A stretch of 64,000 nucleotides of DNA, taken from positions 249,551-313,550 of the forward strand of contig NIVC01001326.1 of NCBI GenBank assembly GCA_002269645.1, given 5' to 3'. The stretch is from Macrostomum lignano (Eukaryota). Position 1 is the first letter of the stretch. Each line of letters begins with the position of its first letter. The notes beneath the pieces are model-generated. The model was given only the letters and a program-made list of their open reading frames with translations, was not told the origin of the DNA and searched no databases. Of the stretch, positions 1 to 24,142 are shown piece by piece. The position numbers and the translations under genes were made by a program.

Positions 1-290
1 CCTTATATCTCATCCTTCTGACTCACCCCTCACAATCACTCCCTCTAGCTATCTCATCCTTCTGACTCTCACCCCTCACAATCAGATCCCTCTTAGCTAT
101 CTCAACCATTTGACTTTCACCCCTCACTATTTTTATCTCACTCTTACGACTTTACGATCTACTCCCTTCATCTCACCCTCCTCAATCTACTCCCTCTATC
201 TCACCCTTTGTCTCTGACAAAGAGACGAGATTCAACCTATAACAATAAAAGCAGTCTATGATATTGAGGGCATCCTACAAGCCCGAATAA

Positions 291-968
291 ATGAATGCTC
301 AAACTTTCATGGGCGAGCCAACAGCTAACCGGACTGGCGCGGACTGCGTGCCGAAGCTGATAGCCAGCATGCGGCTGTCGAACGAACTGCCGGCTCGTGG
401 CACCAGCTACGACTATTATAGCAGCTTTCCCGCTTTCCGGGCCCTGATGGACGCGCAGTCCTCTAAGCTGCTCTATATGATGCAGCGGCTGATCAACTAT
501 CAGGTAAAATAAGTTAGATAAAGCTACACACACTACTGCAAATAGCACTATTAGTATAGTATTAGTATATTGTGATATATACTCTCAAAGAGGGTTGTAG
601 CTTAGTGATTAGGGCGTCGAACTCGCGACTGAAAGGTCGGGGGTTCGATTCTCAACCCACTCTGCATTGCTTCAGTTCACCCAGCTGAAAAAATGGGTGC
701 CAGCATTAGCTGGGGTAATTGAGGGTGTGTTGCCAGTGGCGATCCCCCAGTCCTTGGACTGAACAGCCGTACGCAGCCTTCAGATGCGCCGTGCAATATC
801 TGCGGCTGAGCTGTCGGTTGCACATCTGGCCCAATTGGGGCAGGTGTAAATAATTTTTTTGAATATATAGTACTACGAGAAATAAGCTAGTTCCTTCGCT
901 ACTACTGCTAGTAATATAGCTACAAGTACTACAAATACCATAAATTCCAATACTACTACTGCTACTGT

Positions 969-1033
<65 letters not shown>

Positions 1034-4000
1034 ACAACAACTCTCCTCTCCACTTTGGAAGGGTGCCGGCGGTTCAGTCATAGGCGGCCAAATCAATCGA
1101 GACTTCGATGAACGGTTTGAATCGTTAATCGAGGTCAACGACGAACTGCTAGAACGAGTCGGCGCCGCGCTGGACGCACACGAGCGGGGTCAGCAGCCGG
1201 CAGCGGCTACGTCAAAGCAGCAGCAGAAGCCGCAGCAGTCCAATCAGCCGACTCAGACCTTAACCCCCGCATCCGCCGCCGCCGTCCGCTTTCTCGCTGC
1301 GCGCATTGTGGCCCGACCGCAGGACCAGTTCCAACTGAAGCCGGACAATTCCGCGGCGCCGTTCCGTAGCCGGCTGCGAGTCAAGCACAATGCGCTGCAG
1401 GCAGGCGCCGCCGCTGAGCAGCTGGTGATGCAGCCGGGCCAGCATCCGTACGGACCGGAACTGGACGCGTTCACCCCGGAGGAGCGGTTCCTTGGCTCAC
1501 CGCCTTCGCCGCAGCAGCCGCCAGCGCCGCCTCCGCCGCAACGCCTGGACGAAACGGAGCTAACGCTGGTGCAGACTACGGACGATCTGGCCGAACTGCT
1601 CGCACTGCTGGACGGCGAACGGGAGCTGGCGGTTGACCTGGAGGCGCATAGTTACCGGTCTTACCTCGGCATTACCTGTCTGATTCAGGTGAGTTCTACT
1701 TTTTGCATTCCGTCGAGTACAATTTTACCATAGACACTTTCCAAGTATTCCATTCTGCTGTTATTAGAGGCATTGTCGCACAACCCGCGAGAGGCATTAC
1801 TGCCAATTCCGCCGACTCCCCTGAGCAGTCATGCGCACAGGCGCACACTCACACAGGAGTGTACAGCGGCCCTAAAAGGGGTGTCAACTTAAGCGCTAGA
1901 ATAGAAGGCTCCATTCTAGAGCCTTCAGTTGACATGAGATCCCCATTTTATCCCATTAATCCCCTGGGACCCCAAGGAAGGGACCCGGATAGGATGTCTC
2001 GGCGATTCTAGTCACCGGGTCCGACCAGTTATCGATTCCAGTCGGTTTGGTCTGGAGCCTTGCTTTGGGCTCCATTCTAGCGCTTAAGTTGACACCCCCT
2101 TTATCGTTAGGCATGTACAATATCTCAGCTGATTCATTAACCTTTTCAGATCTCGACTCGAACTCGGGACTTCATAGTGGACACCCTGCGCCTGTGGGAT
2201 CACGTCTGGCAGTTGAATAGAATCTTCACTAATCCCAAAATTCTCAAAGTGCTGCACGGCTCCTCCGGCGATCTGGCCTGGCTACAGCGCGACTTCGGCA
2301 TCTACATGGTGAACCTGTTCGACACCTATCTGGCATCGCACATCTTGTCGATGCCGCGCCACTCTCTGGCCCACCTGGTGCAAACCTATTGCGGTTTTGC
2401 ATTGGACAAGCAGTACCAGCTGGCCGACTGGCGGGTCCGGCCTCTGCCAGCCGAGATGCTGCGCTACGCCAGGTGCGACACCCGCTACCTGTTGTACATC
2501 GCCGACAGGATGCGCGCCGAGCTGTGGCGCCGCGCCGACGGCCAGCCGGACCTGGTGCTGCGCGTGTTCGACGCGTCGCGCCGACTGTGCCTCGAGCTGT
2601 ACAAGAAGCCCAGCTTGGGCGCGGACGACTATCGCCAGCTGTTAGCTAAATCTCGCAAAGCATTCAACTCCGGCCAGATACACGCGTTGGAACGGCTGTA
2701 CGCTTGGCGGGATGCCACCGCCAGGGTGGAGGACGAGAGCGTCGCCTACGTGCTGCCGGATCACATGCTGCTGGCCGTGTGCGACCTGCTGCCCAGGTGA
2801 GGGGGGGGGGGTTCAGTTTGGGCGCGGCGGGTTTTCGTGCGATTCACAGCCATGAGGGCCAAACCCTGATGCACAGAGAGTGTACATGCCTGACGATTAG
2901 TAAGTCGGGGCCGCTGTACACCCTGTGTGAGCGTGTGTGAGTGCGTGCCTGCGTACAGCATTGGCGCGCCTGTGTGTGCTCAGGAGTCAGCGGAACGGGC
3001 AGCATTGCAATCAGCGTTATTTGTGCGACGATGTTACCAAAGGCGTTGCGCTAGAGTAATGTTTTTTAGGTCAATTGGGAATGGCTCAATGGAGGATTGC
3101 TCAAGTGGCTAAGGGCTCAATGGGGAATGGCTCTCAGGTGACTAAGGGCTCAATGGGGAATGGCTCTCAGGTGGCTAAGGGCTCAATGGGGAATGGCTCT
3201 CAGGTGGCTAAGGACTCAATGGGAAATGGCTCTCAGGTGGCTAAGGGCTCAATGGGGAATGGCTCTCAGGTGACTAAGGGCTCAATGGGGAATGGCTCTC
3301 AGGTGGCTAAGGACTCAATGGGAAATGGCTCTCAGGTGGCTAAGGACTCAATGGGGAATCGCTCTCAGGTGGCTAAGGACTCAATGGGGAATCGCTCTCA
3401 GGTGGCTAAGGACTCAATGGGAAATGGCTCTCAGGTGGCTAAGGACTCAATGGGGAATCGCTCTCAGGTGGCTAAGGACTCGATGGGGAATCGCTCTCAG
3501 GTGGCTAAGGACTCAATGGGGAATGGCTCTCAGGTTGCCAAGGCCTGAATAAAGGGGAATCCACTTTCCACCAACGCAGGGAGTTTACTGGCGTGCTGGC
3601 CTGCTGCAATCCGGTGCCGCCTTTAGTTCGCAAATACGTGCACGACCTGCACCGCATCGTGCTCGAAGCCCGGGAACTGCGACCCGCCGAAGCAGCTGGC
3701 CGGAAGTCGGTCGGCGGCGGCAGCGGCGGCGGCGGCGGCAACGTCGGCAGTGGCGTCACCGACCCGGCCTCGGTCGCCAATGCGTCGTTAAGCTACGCCG
3801 CAGCGGAGCCTACAGTCAGGCAGTTGCCGCAGCACCGCTGTCCGCACGACCTGTCCCATTTCGGCGACGACGATTTCGCCTGCGCTTCGCCGCCGCCGTC
3901 GCCGTCGCCCACGACGTCGCCGAGTAGCTGGAAGACGACGCCGGCTGCCAGATGCTTCGGCCTGTTGACGGCGACTGGCGGCGAGGCTGCTGACGAACTG

Positions 4001-4486
4001 TTGCGAGCCACCCTTGGCCGCTTGGTCAGCCCGTTCTACTCTGTGCCAGCTCGGCCGGAGGCTTATTTCGTTGTCAAGGCAACGCCGCCAGACGAAACCG
4101 AGGAAGATTTGGACGGGAGCAATCAGGAGGCGACGACCGCGGCCGCGCCTGCGGCTGCTGCTGAGGAGGAGAAAGCGCCGTTTCTCCAGCCGACACAGCG
4201 GAAGCATCGGCGCCCGCGTCCGCCAAAAGCAGCGACTTCTTCAACTCAGGCTGATGCTGATGAAGCGGAGTCAGCGGAAGCTGACCAGCCTGAGTCCGGC
4301 AGCTTCGATTACGATCGGGCCGCGGTTGAACTGGCCAGCCGGGCCATGGACCGGTTCCCCATTCGCGATCCTCTCAATCTGATTGGCGGCGGCAAGCGGC
4401 GCTGCGGCGGGCGCGGTCGCGGCTCCGGCGGGCCGAGCCGATTAGCCAAGTATCGCAGGAAGCAACAGCAGCAGCAGCACTTTTGA
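291..4486 (+). CDS. EXOSC10: Exosome component 10 / Rrp6 (PMC2NT + DEDDy 3'-5' exonuclease + HRDC). Exons 291-503, 1062-1688, 2150-2796, 3580-4486 (797 aa)
   Basis: PMC2NT-like YDYYSSFPAF and FESLIEVNDELLERVG; exonuclease motifs AVDLEAHSYRSYLGITCLIQIST, HGSSGDLAWLQRDFG, YARCDTRYL; HRDC LYAWRDATARVEDES..VLPDHML; CCNPVPPLVR. All junctions are GT-AG, and the exon lengths sum to 2394 nt in frame. Confidence 0.95.
592..855 (+). mobile_element. tRNA-derived SINE with a CORE-like central domain, in EXOSC10 intron 1
   Basis: A-box-like TAGCTTAGTGA and B-box-like GGTTCGATTCT at 598-651, but the cloverleaf stems do not pair. This is followed by ctctgcattgcttcagttcacccagctgaaaaaatggg, which recurs at about 36699-36757. 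Confidence 0.7.
945..1035 (+). repeat. (TAC)n microsatellite ending in a perfect TACTAAC branch-point motif
   Basis: Direct reading; TACTAAC at 1029-1035, acceptor AG at 1060-1061. Confidence 0.9.
1775..2119 (-). mobile_element. Copy of an unclassified dispersed repeat, interrupted by a MITE
   Basis: The reverse complement matches 2832-3030 and 46862-47025 (gtgtacatgcctga..gggccgctgtaca.cctgtgtgag.gtgtg..tgctcagg). Confidence 0.7.
1873..2103. mobile_element. MITE of about 230 bp with about 28-bp TIRs and TA flanks (Tc1/mariner-like)
   Basis: Left ta|aaaggggtgtcaacttaagcgctagaat; right attctagcgcttaagttgacaccccctt|ta (one mismatch). Confidence 0.8.
2832..3030 (+). mobile_element. Dispersed repeat copy 2 (EXOSC10 intron 3)
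   Basis: Highly similar by eye to 46862-47025. Confidence 0.7.
3075..3543 (+). repeat. 33-bp minisatellite (ggctcaatggggaatggctctcaggtggctaag), about 14 copies, EXOSC10 intron 3
   Basis: Direct reading; it explains the GSMGNGSQVAK repeat ORF. Confidence 0.95.
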
Positions 4487-4965
4487 AAGCCCATTACTGC
4501 TGTTTCAATTTCTTGCTTTTAGAAGTACAAGCATTTACAGTTTAGTCTGTTGCCTTGGTAATGCATTATTTTTAATATAATAATAGGTAATGGCATAGCC
4601 AAGGCAGCCAAATCATCCATTTGAGCGACGGATTAAAAGTTAATAATAAGACTGTTTCAACAAGAAAATCTCTCAATGAGCAGTAAATGCCGCTTTTGGC
4701 TTTCGCTTTTTTTGTTTATATTTTAGAGCAAACCTTTCATTGCATGGGAATAGATTAGCAATCCGTCCATCGATACGGTATTGCTAGAAATTCCTTATTG
4801 GCATATTCCTCGTGTTGATTAGTTTTATTTTGAAAATGCAAAAATCCTTTATTTCTACTCGTCAGTAGTCAGATAAAGCAGTAACTTTTAACATATGCGT
4901 GGATTATTAAAAGGCTTTAGTTAAATTATTCATTTGCTTTTCCAGCCAAATTGCACGCCATTCCA

Positions 4966-7513
4966 ATGCTCGGCGGTACAGTGCCATTTGCTACGGTAGC
5001 AGCGGCTGCGTTAGTTTGCCTACTGACTGCCTTGTCTGTCAGGCCGGCTGGCGCCCTGACCTGCAGCGAATTAAATACTACGCATAAAGGGGTTCTGCAG
5101 CCACTTTTTGGACAATCGTGAGTGCTCAGCTTCCCTTACCCAGCTTCAAGATCCCCATCAACCCGGTGATTCCTCAGCTTCAAGATCTTCATCAACCCTC
5201 CTTACTCACTACTCAGCTTCAAGATCCCCATCAACCCGGTGATTCCTCAGCTTTAAGATCTTCATCAACCCTCCTTACTCACTACTCAGCTTCAAGATCC
5301 CCATCAACCTGGCGATTCCTCAGCTTCAAGATCTCCATCAACCTGGCGATTCCTCAGCTTCAAGATCCCCATCAACCTGGCGATTCCTCAGCTTCAAGAT
5401 CTCCATCAACCCTCCTTACTCACTACTCAGCTTCAAGATCCCCATCAACCTGGCGATTCCCGAGCTTCAAGATCCCCATCAACCTGGCGATTCCTCAGCT
5501 TCAAGATCCCCATCAACCTGGCGATTCCTCAGCTTCAAGATCTCCATCAACCCTCCTTACTCACTACTCAGCTTCAAGATCCCCATCAACCTGGCGATTC
5601 CTCAGCTTCAAGATCCCCATCAACCTGGCGATTCCTCAGCTTCAAGATCCTATCAACCTGGCGATTCCTCAGCTTCAAGATCCCCATCATCCTGGCGATT
5701 CCTCAGCTTCAAGATCCCCATCAATTCGGCGATTCCCCAGCTTCAAGATCCCCATCAATTCGGCGATTCCTCAGCTTCAAGATCCCCATCAATTCGGCGA
5801 TTCCCCAGCTTCAAGATCCCCATCAATTCGGCGATTCCCCAGCTTCAAGATCCCCATCAACCTTACCGACTACTCAGCTTCAAGATCCCCATCAACCTGG
5901 CGATTCCTCAGCTTCAAGATCCCCATCAACCTGGCGATTCCTCAGCTTCAAGATCCTATCAACCTGGCGATTCCTCAGCTTCAAGATCCCCATCATCCTG
6001 GCGATTCCTCAGCTTCAAGATCCCCATCAATTCGGCGATTCCCCAGCTTCAAGATCCCCATCAATTCGGCGATTCCTCAGCTTCAAGATCCCCATCAATT
6101 CGGCGATTCCCCAGCTTCAAGATCCCCATCAATTCGGCGATTCCCCAGCTTCAAGATCCCCATCAACCTTACCGACTACTCAGCTTCAAGATCCCCATCA
6201 ACCTGGCGATTCCCGAGCTTCAAGATCCCCATCAACCTGGCGATTCCTCAGCTTCAAGATCCCCATCAACCTGGCGATTCCTCAGCTTCAAGATCCCCAT
6301 CAACCTGGCGATTCCTCAGCTTCAAGATCCCCATCAATTCGGCGATTCCCTCTTCAAGATCCCCATCAATTCGGCGATTCCCCAGCTTCAAGATCCCCAT
6401 CAACCTTACCGACTACTCAGCTTCAAGATCCCCATCAACCTGGCGATTCCCCAGCTTCAAGATCCCCATCAACCTGGCGATTCCTCAGCTTCAAGATCCC
6501 CATCAACCCGGCGATTCCTCAGCTTCAAGATCCCCATCAACCCGGCGATTCCTCAGCTTCAAGATCCCCATCAACCTGGCGATTCCTCAGCTTCAAGATC
6601 CCCATCAACCTTACCGACTCCTCAGCTTCAAGATCCCATCAACCTTACCGACTCCTCAGCTTCAAGATCCCCATCAACCCGGCGATTCCCCAGCTTCAAG
6701 ATCCCCATCAACCCGGCGATTCCCCAGCTTCAAGATCCTATCAACCTGGCGATTCCCCAGCTTCGAAATCTCCCCTTGGCCTCTTCCAGGTTCACCCTGA
6801 CGCTCAGCCCCTCCAGCAACAAAATCATTGTTCGCATCTGCGGCCCAGCCTCCGATTTTGAGCTGTTCGCCGACTCGGCCGCTCTGCTGGTTCCCAGCCA
6901 CGGCAGCGGCGGCACCGTAGTGAAGCTGGGGCTGGTCAGCTCCGGTCAGATGTACCTAGGCACCGGCTGGATGCTACTGGTGTACACCGGCGGAGATCCG
7001 TACTCGGCGTCCGACAACAGCGGCAGCAATCCGCAGTGCAACGGCTCGCGCAGCGTCCGAATCGTGATGGAGTGCAATCCGGGTATCTACGCGCCCGAGC
7101 TGGACTTTGTTGGCGAGATTCGCAACGAGCCGAGCCAGTGTCACCACCTGTTCAGCATGCAGCACTACAGCCTGTGCGGCCTGATCCCGGACCCAGCCGC
7201 CGGCGGCAGCCTGGCTCCCCTGGCCGTCGTCATCGTAGCCATCCTAGCCGGCTTCATCGCCTACCTTGGCGTCGGCATGCTCATCCAGCGATTCTATTTT
7301 GGCAAACGCGGCGCCGCCCAGATACCGAATTACACCGCCTGGCAACGGTTTGGCAACGCGGCCGCCAGCTGCTGCGATCTGGTCTGTCGCAGCGAGCCCA
7401 GGCCGCCCAGAGCTCGCTACGCCGACGCTGCCAGCGAGGACGGACAGCCGGGCGGCGTCACAACGCATCACCTGTACGCCGATCAAGATGACGATCACCT
7501 GCTGCCGGGTTGA
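4966..7513 (+). CDS. M6PR: Cation-dependent mannose-6-phosphate receptor-like. Exons 4966-5117 and 6790-7513 (291 aa)
   Basis: Signal peptide; LQPLFGQS|FTL junction; MRH-like Cys pattern (CNGSRSVRIVMECNPG, EPSQCHHLFSMQHYSLC); TM; tail QIPNYTAWQRFGNAAASCCDLVCRS...DDDHLLPG with a C-terminal DxxLL, as in CD-MPR. Confidence 0.85.
5142..6765 (+). repeat. 34-bp minisatellite (cagcttcaagatccccatcaacctggcgattcct) filling the M6PR intron
   Basis: Direct reading; it explains the 560-aa ORF at 5118-6800. Confidence 0.95.
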
Positions 7514-7794
7514 GCCTATTATTTTATTTATACTTTTGAAGGCCGTCGCGTCGCTTGTTTTGTTTGCTGTGTACCAAAGTAGCTAGCAATTGCTTCTGTT
7601 TGTTATTCTGAATTAACTTGCATTCCAAACATGCTTTAATAAGATTTATCTAATTAAACTAGCTAGCACAAGTTCTGATCTAAACTGTTTTGCTTGTTAT
7701 AATGCGATTCTGAGATATTATGATATTGAAATTTGCGATTATATTCAAGATTTTACACTTATCAGTCTTGATACTGAGTGGGTGACATCTTAAT

Positions 7795-8745
7795 TCTGAA
7801 AGAGTGACATCCGACTCCTGTGAGTGACATCCAACTCCTGAGAGTGACATCCCACTACAGAGAGCACACATCTAACTCCTGAAAGGGACATCCCAATCGT
7901 AAGAGTGACATTCAACTCCTGAGAGTGACATCCAACTCCTGAGAGTGACATCCAACTCCTGAGAGTGACATCCAACTCCTGAGAGTGACATCCAACTCCT
8001 GAGAGTGACATCCCAATCGTGAGAGTGACATCCCACTCCTGTGAGTGACAACTCACTCCTAAAACCAATCGTAAGAGCGACATTCAATTCCTGAGAGTGA
8101 CATCCCACTCCTGAGAGTGACATCCCACTCCTGAGAGTGACATCCCACTCCTGAGAGTGACATCCAACTCCTGAGAGTGACATCCCACTCCTGAGAGTGA
8201 CATCCAACTCCTGAGAGTGACATCCCACTCCTGAGAGTGACATCCCACTCCTGAGAGTGACATCCCACTCCTGAGAGTGACATCCAACTCCTGAGAGTGA
8301 CATCCCACTCCTGAGAGTGACATCCAACTCCTGAGAGTGACATCCCACTCCTGAGAGTGACATCCCACTTCTGAGAGTGACATCCCACTTCTGAGAGTGA
8401 CATCCAACTCCTGAGAGTGACATCCAACTCCTGAGAGTGACATCCAACTCCTGAGAGTGACATCCCAATCGTGAGAGTGACATCCCACTCCTGTGAGTGA
8501 CAACTCACTCCTAAAACCAATCGTAAGAGCGACATTCAATTCCTGAGAGTGACATCCCACTCCTGAGAGTGACATCCCACTCCTGAGAGTGACATCCAAC
8601 TCCTGAGAGTGACATCCCACTCCTGAGAGTGACATCCCACTCCTGAGAGTGACATCCCACTCCTGAGAGTGACATCCCACTCCTGAGAGTGACATCCCAC
8701 TCCTGAGAGTGACATCCAACTCCTGAGAGTGACATCCCACTTCTG
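7795..8745. repeat. 20-bp minisatellite (gagagtgacatcccactcct) with a duplicated higher-order block
   Basis: Direct reading; the variant block at about 8011-8095 recurs at about 8465-8545. Confidence 0.95.
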
Positions 8746-9296
8746 ATTGATTTGTGAGCGCATAAAAAGTCCTGTAAATGATGAGCTGTTTTAAAAAATC
8801 TTTTACAATAAGAATTTCATTTTATACAACATTAACAAAAAAACTGTATTATGCGGCGTCTCAGCGTGACCAAAGTCAAGAATTATAATTAAATTAATCG
8901 CTCTTTTGCTTCACTGTTTTTTATTCATTAGATCTTGATTTAGAAGAAAAGAAATCAACTTTAGCAAGCAATTTTCTGCTCTGTCGCCTGTTTATTCCGG
9001 CTGACTAATTAAACTAGCTATGCATTGCTAATCTAAGCTATTCTCAATTTTGAGTTTAATCTCGTGACTGGACTGTTTATCTGAAGGCCACTGAAGTACC
9101 CGCCTTCGCAATTCAAGTCTCTGTCTTTATCTTTCTTATGTAAACTAGTGAAATATACTGCAGATATAATGAATCTTTCATACTCAGTAAAATCTATATT
9201 ACTAAACTCTGCTGAAATCTATTTACTAAATCGCTTGGCCTTGCAGTGTCCGTCATTTTGCTACTCGTATCTCCTACTTCATAAAGTCTGTCTATC

Positions 9297-9724
9297 AGTG
9301 CCTTCTGTACTGATGTCTATGGGCTGAAGTGCCTTCTGTACTGATGTCTATGGGCTGAAGTGCCTTCTGTACTGATGTCTATGGGCTGAAGTGCCTTCTG
9401 TACTGATGTCTATGGGCTGAAGTGCCTTCTGTACTGATGTCTATGGGCTAAAGGTGTGCCTTCTGTACTGATGTCTATGGGCTGAAGTGCCTTCTGTACT
9501 GATATTTATGGGCTGAAGGTGTGCCTTCTGTACTGATGTTTATGGGCTGAAGTGCCTTCTGTACTGATATCTATGGGCTGAAGTGCCTTCTGTACTGGTG
9601 ATGTCTATGGGCTGAAGTGCCTTCTGTACTGATATCTATGGGCTGAAGTGCCTTCTGTACTGATATCTATGGGCTGAAGTGCCTTCTGTACTGATATCTA
9701 TGGGCTGAAGTGCCTTCTGTACTT
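9297..9724. repeat. 31-bp minisatellite (gtgccttctgtactgatgtctatgggctgaa)
   Basis: Direct reading, about 13 copies. Confidence 0.95.
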
Positions 9725-10296
9725 ATGCTTACTAGCTAAAATAGATCGTATCCTAAAATGGCTTCACATCGACGTAAAAGTACATATATTACCCTTTAAA
9801 TGAATAATTAGTATGCTAAACTTTACTCGGCTGGCGAAAATTAATTCAAATGAACATGTGTACTATTATTTGGCCTACATTTAACTGAAACTAGATAGAT
9901 AGTGGGGGTTAAGCTGGCTGGGTTAGAGAACGAGTCTTTGCTGTACATATAGCTAGCTATACTTGAATTGCAGACTATTATAAAGTTCGAAGGTGCTCAT
10001 TGAGCAATCCTCATTGTCCCTGGTTCGGCCTTCACGTATCCTAAAGTGTAAGGTTAATCTTTAGTCTCGGGGGGGGGGGGGCAAATTAATTCATACTCAA
10101 ATGCCATTGCTGAGTTAGCGAGCGCAATGGCTAAGGCTTCGATTGAAGCAAAAGTAGATAAAACTGACACAGTGAAGACTCACCAAGACTGGGAACTAAT
10201 TTTATGGCCCAAGTTTTTACAACCTTGGTGCGCTTCTAAAGCCTCTAAATGTGTGCGCACAGCTGGCCTCGCTGAATTCTCTTATCTTCTAGGCCA

Positions 10297-10366
10297 GTCA
10301 CGTGACCATTCTGCGATCACGTGCTCTGAGCTGAAATTCGGGTGCGTGCAGCCGCCGGCCAACCAA
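10297..10366 (+). promoter_or_regulatory. Candidate proximal promoter of XDH: two CACGTG E-boxes (one GTCACGTGAC) plus CCAAT
   Basis: GTCACGTGAC at 10297-10306, ATCACGTG at about 10316-10323, and CCAAT at about 10362, 200-260 nt upstream of the ATG at 10558. Confidence 0.3.
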
Positions 10367-10557
10367 TGAGCAATGGCTGGGCTGTGCGAAGTTAGCTGGA
10401 ATAAATAGAGAATAGAGGTGTGCTTATAAAATTATGGTCAGAAAAGCAACGAAAGCGCTTTTAAGTTGCTTTCGCCAGGAGCACTGAGAGCAGCATATTG
10501 CCTACGAACAGAACTGGACTGAATTATTTTTCTGTGAAGCAGCACAAGCAAAAGAAA

Positions 10558-23640
<13,083 letters not shown>

Positions 23641-24142
23641 AGTCACTGAAGTTGCGGCCTGTTTTTGTTGCCATGTAGTTTTCATGATGCAATCATTTTT
23701 AGACTTAACAGACCTAGCAAAAATCGCTCTTAGTAAGAGGTCGAAACATTATTGAAGGCGTGATTTCGGTTCAAAAAGGATTGATGGTGTAAGGAGGCGC
23801 CCATTCCATTCCGTTCTTATCAGTCTTGAGAATATGAAGGCAAACTGGGCCTTCAATGAAATTTCAAGTATATATTTTAACTAGTAGTATGAAGTGCGCA
23901 TTGATTTGCTCTGAATCTGTTAAATCATTGTAGCTTACACATAGATTTTAGCGAATCAGTTCAATCATAAAGTTTACACGAATAACATTCTGATTTCAAC
24001 TATTCAAAATGTAACCGATTGATTAACAACTTTGAGAATTAAGGATTTTTCTTTCAAAATCTGAAGAAATCATTTTGAAATTTGAAATTTCTTCAAATTT
24101 GAAGAAATCATTAAAGGATTTGGTAGATACCTTTGTCATTAT

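Noticed and set aside
592-662. Functional tRNA gene
   Set aside because: A- and B-box-like motifs are present, but the acceptor, anticodon and T stems do not pair; it continues into SINE body sequence.
5118-6800. 560-aa repetitive ORF
   Set aside because: Translation of the 34-bp intronic minisatellite; it begins at the GT donor of the M6PR intron.
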